Source: an uncultured Methanomicrobiaceae archaeon
Lineage (GTDB): Archaea > Halobacteriota > Methanomicrobia > Methanomicrobiales > Methanoculleaceae
Length of the DNA stretch: 64,000 bases
Reading direction: 5' to 3'
Assembly: GCA_963826525.1 (NCBI GenBank)
Contig: CAWGXH010000004.1
Location: 1,536,001 to 1,600,000 of the forward strand
Position numbers and translations under genes: made by a program. The notes under the pieces were generated by a model. The model made no database searches and was not told the origin of the DNA. It saw nothing but the letters and a program-made list of their open reading frames with translations. The number at the start of each line of letters is the position of its first letter. Position 1 is the first letter of the stretch. Positions 53,275-64,000 of this stretch are shown here, one piece after another.

Positions 53275-54729
53275 ATGGCCGATGAAAGGATATACTCATT
53301 TCCAGCGGTTAGGAGGTGGCTCGGCAACCCGTTTGCCCTTGCGGCTCTCCGTTTCATGACCGTGAAGGATGATTGCGGAGACCGCCTCACTAATGCAATC
53401 AACTACTACCTGGACCCGTCGGAGACCCACTGCTGGAGGTGCAACCTTGCCGGGTGCATGGTCGGGCTTACCCTCCGCCGGAGCGGTAAACTCTTCGGCG
53501 TCAGCGAAGACGATATTCGTTCCGGACTCTCGGAGACGGTCTTTCAACGGGGGTTGAAGAACGTCCTTGAGGGGATCGGGCGCTACGGCGTCACCATGCC
53601 GCAGATCGTCAACGCTCCCTTTATGGTGGTCTGGGACTTCACCCACCGGTGCAACCTCCGGTGCACCCACTGCTACCAGGATGCCCAGAAGGCGCTTCCG
53701 CACGAACTTGATACGGATGAAGCGAAACGTCTCGTGGAGGATCTCGCCGCTGCCGGCGTGGTGATCATCGCATTCTCAGGAGGTGAGCCCCTGATGCGCA
53801 AGGACTTCTTCGAGGTTGCCGCTCATGCCCGCGAAAACGGGATCTACGTGGCGCTCGCCACCAACGGCACGCTCATCACCCCGGAGACGGCCAAAAAGAT
53901 CCGGGATACCGGGATCGACTACGTGGAGATCTCCGTGGACGGCAAGGATGCAGCGAGCCACGACTCCATGCGGGGCATGCCCGGTGCGTTTGCTAAGGCC
54001 GTGGAAGGCATCCGAAACTGCGTTGCCGAGGATCTCTACACCTGTATAGCGACAACGGTTACGCAGGCGAACTACGACCAGGTACCCGCGATATACGATC
54101 TCGCCTCAGACCTCGGGGTGAAGCGGCTGATGTGCTTCAACTTCATCCCGACCGGGCGTGGCGTGGAACTCGTGGATCTGGATATCACCCCCGGGCAGAG
54201 GAGAGACCTGATCCGGTTCCTTATCGGCAAAAACCAGAACGGTGCACAGACGGAAGCGCTCACCACGGCGCCGCAGATCGCAGCAGTGGCTCTCGAGGAT
54301 CAGGAGGGTTCGGGAGTTCCCGTCGGGCACTTCTACGCCGGGGAAGAGATGGAAGGCAGGACACGGCTGCTCGCAGAGTTCATCGGGGGGTGCGGGGCGG
54401 GACGGCTGTACTGCAGTATCGAGCCCGAAGGCGACGTGCAGCCCTGCGTCTTCATGCCGATTCCGGTAGGAAACGTTCGCGAAACGCCGTTCATCGAGAT
54501 CTGGCACACGAGTGATGTCCTCCGGAAGCTGCGGGATCGGAGCGAGCTCTCCGGGGCATGCGGCGATTGCGGGAGTAAGTATATCTGCGGGGGCTGCAGG
54601 GCACGGGCGTGGGCGTACTTCGGGGATCTCAACGCACCCGATCCGGGATGCGTGAAGAACCTCGACTCCTGGGAGTCGCTCCGGAACGGGAAGGATCCGG
54701 CTCCCGAACCCTCCTCGGATGCCCGGTAG
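53275..54729 (+). CDS. Radical SAM/SPASM protein with N-terminal extension
   Basis: CNLRCTHC, SGGEP, GCGAGR..C, PC, C..C.....CGGCRARA. Confidence 0.9.
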   Translation: MADERIYSFPAVRRWLGNPFALAALRFMTVKDDCGDRLTNAINYYLDPSETHCWRCNLAGCMVGLTLRRSGKLFGVSEDDIRSGLSETVFQRGLKNVLEGIGRYGVTMPQIVNAPFMVVWDFTHRCNLRCTHCYQDAQKALPHELDTDEAKRLVEDLAAAGVVIIAFSGGEPLMRKDFFEVAAHARENGIYVALATNGTLITPETAKKIRDTGIDYVEISVDGKDAASHDSMRGMPGAFAKAVEGIRNCVAEDLYTCIATTVTQANYDQVPAIYDLASDLGVKRLMCFNFIPTGRGVELVDLDITPGQRRDLIRFLIGKNQNGAQTEALTTAPQIAAVALEDQEGSGVPVGHFYAGEEMEGRTRLLAEFIGGCGAGRLYCSIEPEGDVQPCVFMPIPVGNVRETPFIEIWHTSDVLRKLRDRSELSGACGDCGSKYICGGCRARAWAYFGDLNAPDPGCVKNLDSWESLRNGKDPAPEPSSDAR

Positions 54730-55028
54730 TCGCCGCCGGTTGAAATGAGCGGTGTGGGGAAGCGATCTCCACCGGCAGACCGCTCCCTTCCCCCTCAGGC
54801 GATCTTCCGCTCAGGTGCCCGGGCTAAGGAGGTGACTGATCGGGAATGCGCCCCGCCCGCTCTTCAAGACGGCTACTTCCGGTGGGGCGTACGCAGCCGG
54901 CCTCTTCTCTCCCCTCCATGATCGTCATCCCGATGCAGTTCCTCCGGAGAAACCGACCTGCCATTGAAATGGCGAGTCGGATCTTCCGGAAATGGATAAG
55001 TACTCGTGTCGTGAAGGAACGACTCTCT

Positions 55029-55373
55029 ATGCCTAATGCTGACAGGGATATGAAGATCGCGCGGATCCTCATCATCATATCCATCATATTCGGGATCTTC
55101 GTCGCGGTGACGGTACTGTACATCGGCATTGCGGGATTTTACGGAAGAATCGCTCTTCCTGGCCTGTTTCCTGCAGGCGCGATCGCGATTGGCGTGGTCA
55201 AGATCATCGGGATCGGTATCGGGCTGCTGGCACTCCAGACGCTCAGGGGAGGATCAGTGAGGCGGGCGGGGGCGTATGCCCTCGTTGCATCGTTCCTCCC
55301 GCCGCTGGATCTGATCATGCTCCTTGCAGCGCTGTTCCTCCTGCCGTTACGCCGAGGGAGCGAACCGGCGTAA
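55029..55373 (+). CDS. Small membrane protein
   Basis: About three hydrophobic helices. Confidence 0.6.
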   Translation: MPNADRDMKIARILIIISIIFGIFVAVTVLYIGIAGFYGRIALPGLFPAGAIAIGVVKIIGIGIGLLALQTLRGGSVRRAGAYALVASFLPPLDLIMLLAALFLLPLRRGSEPA

Positions 55374-55513
55374 CTGGTTGAAGGCTTTCCGGAGGCGATC
55401 CGGATTAGACTTTTATAGAATGGCATCGGTTTGTAGCACAATGCCCATGGATCGACGCTGTCAGGACGGTTCTATCATCAGCGACGATAACGTGTATCCG
55501 GAGATCTGATCGC

Positions 55514-56606
55514 ATGGGTGATGCCGTGAACGGCGGAGAGCCGCCCCGGATCATCTCCTGGAACGTGACGTTCCGGTGCCCGCTACGCTGTGCCCACTGC
55601 TATCTCGATGCAGGCGAACGGGAAGACCCTGCCGAGCTCGATACCGCAGAGGGGATGGCGCTCATCGATCGGATCAGCGAGATCGGGAGGCCGATTCTGG
55701 TGCTCAGCGGAGGCGAGCCGCTTATGCGGCCGGATATCTTCGACCTCGCCGGACACGCAACGGAATGCGGCCTGCGGGTTGCCATGGGGACGAGCGGGGT
55801 TTCCATCACCGGCGACGTGGCGGAACAGATGCGGGACGCCGGCATTCGAAAGGTGGCGATCAGCATCGATTCCGCGGACCCTGACGTTCACGATACCTTC
55901 AGGGGCGTGAAGGGTGCCTTCTCCCGGGCTATCGACGCCGTCCGTGCGGTTACGGATCAGGGGATTCCCGTGCAGATCCATATGGCCGTCAGAACGCCGG
56001 ATCCCGACGAGATTGACAGCATCGTCCGGCTCGGTTCAGAGCTCGGCATCCGGGATTACCAGTTCTTCTTTCTCGTTCCCACCGGGCGGGGAAGCGAGCT
56101 TGACGACATTGCGCCGATGGAGTGACGAAGCGGTGATCGGGCGGATCCTTGAGCACGCCCGCGAGCCGGGGCTCTCGGTGCGGCCGACCTGTGCACCGCA
56201 GTTCGTGCGGGTGGCAGACCGGATGGGGATTGACCCGGCATCTGGGGTCAGGGGCTGCATCGCCGGCATCAGTTACTGCCGGATCACGCCGACGGGGGAC
56301 GTAACGCCCTGCCCGTACCTCCCTCTTCCGGTCGGGAACGTCCGGTATCGCACGTTCGGGGAGATCTGGTCGGGCTCGCCGGTGCTGGCCGCTCTCCGCA
56401 GCCCGGATAACCTGAAAGGGAAGTGCGGCCGGTGCGGCTACCGCAGCATCTGTGGCGGGTGCCGCGCCCGGGCGTTCGGCGTCCGGCGGGAGGCAGGAGA
56501 TGTATGCGGCAGTCCGGCACGAACCGGCATGCCGGACGGGGATTACCTGGCGGAAGACCCCTGGTGTCCGTATGAACCGGCTTTTGGAGAGATGCAGGAT
56601 GAGTGA
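55514..56606 (+). CDS. ahbD: AhbD/NirJ2-like radical SAM haem synthase (frameshift ~56122)
   Basis: CPLRCAHC, TCAPQF, GCIAG..YC, CGGCRARA, DYLAEDPWC; adjacent to ahbAB. Confidence 0.75.
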
Positions 56607-57096
56607 TGTGACACTTGACAGACAGGATCGAGAACTTCTCGAGGTACTGCAGGACGATCTCCCCCTGGTATCCCGGCCGTGGCGGGAGATAGGGGAACGG
56701 CTCGGCATGCCGGAACATGACATCCTCGAACGGGTGCAGAGGCTCACTCGGATAGGGATCATCCGGAATATCTCCCCGATCCTCGAATCAAAACGGATTG
56801 GCCTCGCGGCCTCCACCCTCGTCGGTATGCGGGTGCCGGAGGAGCGTATCGATGAGGTTGCGGCGATCGTCAACCGCAACACAGCCGTATCGCATAACTA
56901 CGTCAGGGACCACGAGTACAACGTCTGGTTCACCCTCGCATCTCCCGATGATGCGACGCTCTCCTGTACGGTGGATGCAATCGTCCGGCAGACCGGCCTT
57001 CCTCCGGCGGACGTGTTGAATCTGCTTTCGGTCAGACGGTTCAAGATCGGCGTCCGATTCCGGTTCTCTCCGAACGGTGACGGAGGTGAGGCGTGA
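56599..57096 (+). CDS. ahbA: Sirohaem decarboxylase subunit (Lrp/AsnC-like)
   Basis: LQDDLPLVSRPW, VSHNYVRDHEYNVWFT. Confidence 0.85.
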   Translation: MSDVTLDRQDRELLEVLQDDLPLVSRPWREIGERLGMPEHDILERVQRLTRIGIIRNISPILESKRIGLAASTLVGMRVPEERIDEVAAIVNRNTAVSHNYVRDHEYNVWFTLASPDDATLSCTVDAIVRQTGLPPADVLNLLSVRRFKIGVRFRFSPNGDGGEA

Positions 57097-57581
57097 TACC
57101 CCTCGACCGTGCACTCCTTCTCCGGCTTGAGCAGGGGGTCCCGCTGGTGGAAGAACCCTTTGCCGCCATCGCCGGGGATCTTGGGGTTTCGGAAGACGAG
57201 GTGCTCAAGCGGCTCCGTGCACTCGCCGAGGAGGGGACCATCCGACGGTTTGCAGCGCGGATCAATCACCGGAACGCCGGCATCACTGCCAACGCGATGG
57301 TCGGATGGTGTGTGCCCCCCGGCCGGGTAGACCGGTTCGCAGAGGTCGTGATCCGGTTCCCGGAGGTGACGCACTGCTACGAGCGGGCCATCGTTCCCGG
57401 CCGGTGGGAGTACAACCTCTTCACCGTCCTCCACGGTCGGCACCGGGAGACCGTCGATCGCTGCATCGCCCGGATCGCCGAGGCGACCGGTATTGATGAT
57501 TACGTCGTCCTGGTCAGCACCCGGGAACTGAAACGAGCCCCGACAGGCAGGCTCCCACACCTGAAGGAGGGCAGCGCATGA
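57093..57581 (+). CDS. ahbB: Sirohaem decarboxylase subunit
   Basis: PLVEEPF, NAMVGW, VTHCYER, WEYNLFTVLHG, STRELK. Confidence 0.85.
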   Translation: MIPLDRALLLRLEQGVPLVEEPFAAIAGDLGVSEDEVLKRLRALAEEGTIRRFAARINHRNAGITANAMVGWCVPPGRVDRFAEVVIRFPEVTHCYERAIVPGRWEYNLFTVLHGRHRETVDRCIARIAEATGIDDYVVLVSTRELKRAPTGRLPHLKEGSA

Positions 57582-58769
57582 TCCGGTTTACCCAGGCTCG
57601 TCTACGGGGATGCACCCGTGAGCGGCTCCGCCCGCAGACATGCAGAGACCGACAGGAGTCAACTCGCATTTACAGAGGTCTATCGGCCGGTGGTCTTCTG
57701 GAACATCACGAACCGGTGCAACCTCGCCTGCACCCACTGCTATATCAGGGGAGGGCCTGATCAGCGGCGCAGCGACGAGCTGACAACGGATGAGTCGATT
57801 GCTCTCATCGATGATCTCGCAGCGATGGGCGTTCCACTGCTCCTCTTCACCGGCGGTGAACCGCTGCTCCGGGAAGATTTCTGGGATCTGGCAGCATATG
57901 CCCGGAAACGCGGGCTCCATGCGGTCGTGAGCACCAATGGCACACTCATCACCCCCGCCGTCGCCCGCAGGCTTCAGGATGTTGGGATCGAGTATGCCGG
58001 TATCTCGCTCGACGGTGCGACAGCAGCCACGCACGATGGGTTCCGCGGGGTGCCGGGCAGTTTTGCCCGGTCTGTCCGGGCACTCGAAAACTGTACCGAG
58101 GCCGGCCTGAAGTGCGGCGTCCGGTTCACCGTCACGAAGAAGAACCAGCACGAGCTCGGCGACCTTATTGCCCTCGCAAAAACCCTGGGAGTCAACCGGT
58201 TCTGCGTCTACTGGCTTGTGCCGAGCGGGCGGGGGAACGAGATCCATACCGATCACCAGCTTCTGCCGGATGAGGCGCGGGCGATCGTCGACCTGATCTA
58301 CCGGGAGACGCTCCTGACCGACCCGTCGGCCATGGAATTTCTGACGGTCGACGCGCCCCAGGATGGGGCTTATCTACTCGAGAGGCTCCAGGCGGACAAC
58401 CATCCGGCAGAGGAACGGGCAGCGTTGCTCCTTGCCCGGATGGGCGGCTGCAGTGCGGGGAAGCGGGTGGCCAACATCGATCCCTCGGGGAATGTCTACC
58501 CCTGTCAGTTCGCACAGTTGGAGCCGTTTCTCATTGGAAACGTGCGGGAAAAGAGGTTCTCCGACCTCTGGAACGATCCGGAGAACCAGGTATTGTCGGC
58601 GTTCAGGGACGCTCCCCTCCGGATGGACGGGCGGTGCAGCTCCTGTGCAGAGCACGAGATCTGCGGCGGCGGGTGCCTGATCAGGGCATACGCATCAGAC
58701 CGTGACATCCGTGCAGGAGATCCGTTCTGTTCGAAGGTGTCCTCCGGGGCATTTCCCGGCCGGAGGTAG
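57578..58769 (+). CDS. ahbC: AhbC/NirJ1-like radical SAM Fe-coproporphyrin synthase (frameshift ~57596)
   Basis: RPVVFWNITNRCNLACTHCY, LTVD..QDG, GNVYPCQF. Confidence 0.78.
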
Positions 58770-59234
58770 ATCTACGTACCGGTGCCTGCTACAGGAGAAC
58801 GACCATGAACAATGCTTTTTCCGTCCCGTGGGGTCGGGCTTCGAAGAATCTGCCTGCCGGGGGCGTGCCGCAACCCGGCCTCTCCCGGTAGGGGCACTCC
58901 TGTTCCCTGACACTGGGGTGCCGGGGGTCTGTCTGATTGGATCAGCATCAAGTCGTGTACCTGCTGTGTATGGGACGAATCCTACAATTTGTGACCCTTT
59001 TTGAATATATCTCAGAGTGGTGGGAGTTTCGAGTTGCGCTCCCGTGATTGACCGGTGCTTTTGGTGGCATTGGTATCTCCTTGTCCGATTCTGCTTGAAG
59101 TGCCGTGTTCGAGAGTTCTCAAAGGTTCTCGAAAGGTAGTTATACCCTCCCTCCATGAACGACCTGCTCCGTACCGAAAACCGGGTTCTACGGCCGGGGA
59201 CTGATTGCACGCACGGTTCGGGAGGCGGTTTCCC

Positions 59235-60516
59235 ATGGATATAGTGTTCGTGCTGAATCTGGCCCTTGTCGTGGTCAGTGGCTTTGTCATTATCACCGGA
59301 CTGGTCTCCCGACGGCTCAGGAGCTGGGATATTCCCGAACCTCTGCTGGCATTTCTCATCGGTGTTCTGCTGGGACCTGCCGTCTTCGGGCTCTTCCAGC
59401 TGCCCTCCGGGGTCAATCTGCCGCTGGTACTGGAGGAGGCCTCGCGGTTGACGCTCGGTATCGGGTTGATGGGCGTCGCTTTCCGGATCCCGCGAGGTTT
59501 CTTCACCCGCGAACGCAGATCGCTTGCTGCGCTCCTCGGGCCAGGGATGGTGATCATGTGGTTTATCACCACCGTTCTGGTATATGCTCTCCTCCGTTTT
59601 CCCCTTCCTGTGTGTCTGCTCATAGGGGCGATCCTCACGCCCACCGATCCACTGATAGCCTCCAGCATCGTGACGGGACATGTGGCGAAGGCCAATCTGC
59701 CCGAACGTCTCCGAAACCTGATCTCCTCGGAATCCGGCGCGAACGACGGTCTTGCGTTCCCTTTCGTTGTCTTCGCGATCCTCCTCGTGCAGGAGGTTGC
59801 CCGGCCCGCGCTGCTGGACTCCGTCATCTACGTCGTGGTCTGGCAGGTCGGCATGGCCGTACTCGCCAGCGCCCTCATCGGGTACGGAGCGGGGGCATTT
59901 CTTCGGTGGGCCGAGGCGCGGAAAACGATCGAAAAGCGCTCGTTTCTGGCATATGCGATTGCCCTTGCCTTTGCAACTCTGGGTGCGCTGAAGGTGATGC
60001 AGGTCGATAGTATCTTAGGGGTCTTCATCACCGGTGTCGTCTTCAGTTCGGTCGTCGAGGAAGAGTCTGTGGAATCCGGGGCTATCCAGAAAGAGGACAT
60101 TCTCGAAGCAGTCAACTATTTCCTGACCGTTCCCGTATTCATTCTCTTTGGCATCATTGTTCCCTGGCATGAATGGTTCTCCTTTGGATGGGCGGCTGTC
60201 ATCCTTTTCATCGCCATTCTCCTCTTCAGACGAATACCGATGCTCCTCTCCCTTCGCTCTCTCCTATGGGAAGAGAAGAGGGGCGTCAATGCACTCTTCA
60301 TGGGCTGGTTTGGGCCAATGGGGGTATCCACCCTATTTTATGCCGGTTTCGCCGTCGGGAAAAACCGGCCTTGCGACGATATGGACCATCGTCAGTCTTG
60401 TCATCGCTGTCTCTATCGTGGTGCACGGTCTGACGGCAACACCGTTCACGCTCCTGTACAGCCGTTACGCCAGACGGAGTCCTGGAGAGGCAGATTCCTC
60501 CTCTCCAACGGAGTAA
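59235..60516 (+). CDS. NhaP/CPA1 cation:proton antiporter (frameshift in A-run ~60360)
   Basis: PTDP, ESGANDGLAFPF, GWFGPMG, SIVVHGLT. Confidence 0.88.
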
Positions 60517-60666
60517 AACCTGCAGCCTTGTTCCCGGAGCAGGGACCGGGACAACTCATCGTGCTGCAGGGCGAGTTTTTTATCTTTCATCAGAGCCTCC
60601 GTTGACGAATATGGGTCTCTGTCTGACACCGGAACGCGCTCCGGAACAGGTGTTTCCCTGAAATGA

Positions 60667-61593
60667 GTGTGGTTTAATTACCATGAGGACCCTGGAGCGA
60701 TGGACTTGATACTGCGTTTCTTACAGGGTATCGCCTTTGCACTGACGATTCCTGCATCGCTTGCGATCATGACGATAGCAACCGGACAGGCAACACGGGG
60801 GGGATCGATGGGCACGTTCAATAGTGCGCGATTCCTTGGGTTTACCATAGGGCCCTTGATTGGTGGATACATTTATACGGCTTTTCGGCCGGATGTTGCA
60901 TTCTACGTGGGAACCGGCTTCATAGTCCTGGCGATCATTCTCGTACAGTCCTGGGTGCATGATGAGCGCAGAGGAGGTATAGCAGCAGGAAGCGGGAATA
61001 AGAAGTCCCGCTCCCGTATCTTTGACCGTTCGCTTCTCTCAGCGGGCATTTTCGGGTTGGCATTCGCTGTTTTTCTGATGGCCGGGTCATTCTCCATGCT
61101 TGTGACGCTGGAACCTCAGTTCAACGCCAGGCTCCAGGAGACTGCATTTGCATTCTCTATAGCGTTCGCAGCGCTCACTGCGACCCAGGTGGTGCTCCAG
61201 ATACCGCTGGGAAGACTATCGGACCGGTGGGGGCGGAAACCGTTCATTATCGGGGGATTGCTGCTCCTGGCCCCATCCACCGCCCTCCTTGGGCTGATCT
61301 TCACGACCTACCAGCTCATCGGCGTGCGCCTGATGCAGGGAGTCGCCACTGCGGCAATTGCTGCACCGGCTTTTGCTCTGGCAGGTGATCTGTCTGGAGC
61401 AGGGTCGGAGGGGCGTAGTTTGAGCATCGTTACGACCGGGTTCGGTCTTGGGATTGCGCTGGGTCCGCTCATCGCTGGTTTTCTTGCCCTCTATGCCTTC
61501 GAATTGCCGTTCCTTATCGGCGGCATTCTTGCGCTTATCGGAGCCTGGGTGGTCTTCCACTATGTGCCGGAAACGGTCGAGAGACAGTCGTGA
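60667..61593 (+). pseudogene. MFS transporter, apparently 5'-truncated
   Basis: RFLQG, GRLSDRWGRK motif in the second half. Only ~308 aa; the first TM helices are absent. Confidence 0.7.
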
Positions 61594-61842
61594 ATGCGGC
61601 AAAGGGAGGGTATTGATACGATTGCCCCGGGGCATTTCGCGCTGGAGCGGTATCATTCGGCAAGACGAACCCGGCCTGGCAGGATTGCGGTGATGTGTGG
61701 TGGGAGCGCCAGCCAGGTCATCCCCTTCCGGAAAATCGATTTCTCCCGTGGAGAATTCTGCACAGAGGTCATAGGTGCCCTTACCGCGGCGGCCATTCCA
61801 GGCGATAATACTATTATGCGGGGGGCGCATGGATGGACGGAT

Positions 61843-63234
61843 ATGCGACCGCAGGACAACGTCCCTTCGAGCCTGCTGGCCTTTTCGGTACTTGCTGGAT
61901 GCATCGGCATACTGGCAGGTCTTTTCGCTGTCATCTTCAGGCTGCTGATTGCGCTCTTCCATAACATCCTCTTCACCGGCAAGGCATCGATCGCCTATAG
62001 CGAAACCGTATACACCGCTGTGAGCCCCTGGGGGCCGCTCGTGGTCTTTGTGCCGGTTGTCGGTGCAGTGGGAGTGGCCTTCATCGCAAAGCACTTCTCA
62101 CCCCAGGTATTGCGAAGCGGTATTCCCGATGTCCTGAACGTGGTCTACTACGAGGATGGCATGCTGGCGAGAGGGCTTGCGATCTTCAGGACTCTCGCAT
62201 CTGCTCTTTCCATCGGGAGCGGAGCGCCGGTCGGGCGGGAAGGGTCGATCTTTCAGGTGGGAGCGGCCATCGCCTCAACAGCAGGGGGGTTGTTCTCTCT
62301 CTCCCGGGAAAGGACGCGGGTACTCATGGCGGCAGGCGGAGCCGGCGGGGTGGCCGCAACCTTCAATACTCCGGTGGGGGGATCCTCTTCAGCATAGAAC
62401 TCGTGCTTCAACGGGCAGGTCTTCGTGATGTTATCCCGCTGGTGGTCGCTTCGGGCGCGGCCACGTACATCGGCCGGTACTTCTTCGGATCCGCGCCCAT
62501 ATTTATCCTGACGGGTGCAACGGCACCGGGTGTCGTCGAAGCGCCGCCCGTTCTGCTCCTTTATGCCCTTCTCGGAGGAGCGCTCGGCATCGTTTCGGGG
62601 CTGTTTATCAGAGCTGACGTACGGCACGGAGGATCTCCTGGAGCGTCACTTCGGTGAGAATCTCTACCTCCGCCATGGGCTCGGGATGTTCGCGGTCGGC
62701 ATCCTGATCTATCTGACGATGGTGCTCTCCGGTCGGTATTACATAGAGGGAGGTGGATACTATCCAGTTCAGGAGATCCTCTCCGGGTCACTCTCTGCAC
62801 TATCCGTCCTTCTGGTTCTCTTCCTCTTAAAATTCATCAGTACATCGGTTGCACTTGGTTCCGGTGCATCGGGGGGTGTCTTCTTTCCGGCACTGTTCCT
62901 GGGAGCAGCGTTTGGTGGTGTCTACGGTTATCTCCTTGCAGGGATCTTCCCGGACCTGCACCTGAATCCGCAGACGTTTGTGATCTCCGGAATGGCGGGT
63001 GTCTTCGGATCGACGACCGGAGCGGTATTTGCGGCCATCGTCATGATCTTCGAGATGACGCTCAACTTTAACGCCCTGGTCCCCTCCACAATCGTCGTGC
63101 TGCTGAGTTACGGTGTTCGAAGGCTCATCGTGCGGGACAGCATCTATACCCTCGCCCTCACCCGGGGAGGGCGGCCGGTGCCCGAAGCGCTCGACGTGGA
63201 GGGTTATGGAAATCAGAATTGGGGTTCGAAGTAG
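61843..63234 (+). CDS. CLC-family chloride channel/transporter (frameshifts ~62385 and ~62620)
   Basis: SGIP, GREG, FNTP, GGVFFP, FEMT, SIY. Confidence 0.88.
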
Positions 63235-63321
63235 CCTTCCCTACATGGCCTCAGGTCAGGAGCAACGCTACGGATGGATTCCAGCGCAATAATTATATAG
63301 GGTGCGTGTATTGGGTCTCCC

Positions 63322-63906
63322 ATGAGACCAATAGGAGTTCTTCTCATGGCACTTCTTGTGGTGAGTGCATGCGTTCTCATCGCAGGATGCACATCGCCCA
63401 GCGGGAACGCCACCCCGGCAACGACTCCGCCAACCACGACGGTGACGGGTACACCGACATCTGCCCCTACCACGGCGGCAGCAAACGCGACCGCGACGGC
63501 CACAACCGCAGCGAATACGACTGCGACCGCCACGTCTTCGGGCGGTGGGACGTACACCGTGATGACCAGTTCTAGCAGCCAGCTGGGGACATACCTGGTC
63601 GACGGGAAGGGAGTGACCCTGTACAATTTCACGACCGATTCCAAGGATCAAAGTTCCTGTAGTGGAGCATGCGTGAATGTGTGGCCGGTCTTCTACGCCT
63701 CGTCGATATCCGTTCCGTCCGATCTGAACGCGTCCGACTTCAGCTCGTTTACCAGGAGTGACGGGTCGATGCAGACTGCATATAAGGGAATGCCCCTGTA
63801 CTACTATGCCGCGGATACATCGGCAGGTCAGACCACGGGACAGGGACTGAATCAGTTCGGTGGCCTTTGGTACGTCGTTCCGCCAGATTCACCCGGGTAT
63901 TCGTAA
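63322..63906 (+). CDS. Secreted lipoprotein with Thr/Ala linker and Lipoprotein_15 (COG4315)-type repeats
   Basis: Lipobox LIAGC; G.TLY.F..D, C...WP, G.PLYYY..D..G...G. Confidence 0.85.
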   Translation: MRPIGVLLMALLVVSACVLIAGCTSPSGNATPATTPPTTTVTGTPTSAPTTAAANATATATTAANTTATATSSGGGTYTVMTSSSSQLGTYLVDGKGVTLYNFTTDSKDQSSCSGACVNVWPVFYASSISVPSDLNASDFSSFTRSDGSMQTAYKGMPLYYYAADTSAGQTTGQGLNQFGGLWYVVPPDSPGYS

Positions 63907-63912
63907 CTCGAA

Positions 63913-63924
63913 TTTTCTTTTTTT
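63913..63924 (+). terminator. Oligo-T terminator
   Basis: T-rich run directly after the stop codon. Confidence 0.5.
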
Positions 63925-64000
63925 AATCATCCCGGGCAGCAACCCACTCTACACCTGAGATATTCAGGGTACGAGAACATACTCCGGCGTTTTTGAGACC

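Noticed and set aside
56123-56125. TGA in ahbD (and TGA at ~49050 in leuA) as selenocysteine or readthrough
   Set aside because: The protein continues in a different frame, so these are indels, not in-frame stops.
60350-60370. Programmed frameshift at GGGAAAAAA in the antiporter gene
   Set aside because: A homopolymer indel in an error-rich assembly is the simpler explanation, and there is no regulatory logic.

Overview
Archaeal DNA, most likely from a Methanomicrobiales methanogen. Evidence: DGGGP synthase, eL15/eL43, proteasome alpha, a BHB tRNA intron, and a proteasome/RNase P superoperon that lacks the rrp4/41/42 exosome genes. Layout: (1) 1-10 kb, signalling cluster with receiver/PAS proteins, two histidine kinases, a long HEAT-repeat protein, MEDS-PadR and a GvpF/L-like gene. 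(2) ~10.5-27.2 kb, accessory island ending at the 3' end of tRNA-Glu, with virus-like small genes, kdpABCD, two trkH, a TerC/DUF475 gene, orc1/cdc6, a low-GC HNH nuclease, repeats and a probable integrase stub. (3) 27.4-50 kb, core housekeeping genes, with four tRNAs from 27.2 kb onward. (4) 50-64 kb, HEAT/PP2C, an Ahb haem-biosynthesis cluster and transporters. About 17 genes, including housekeeping ones, are split by single-base indels, which most likely reflects sequencing error. Top candidate for a new system: a probably leaderless 20-codon leader ORF (MKRMNADADAYADAYCLLRR) overlapping the start of the LeuA/CimA-family gene. Its tandem CUU-CUU-C Leu codons would enter the enzyme frame by a +1 shift, suggesting leucine-sensing translational control. 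All product calls come from motif recognition by eye; no searches were run.
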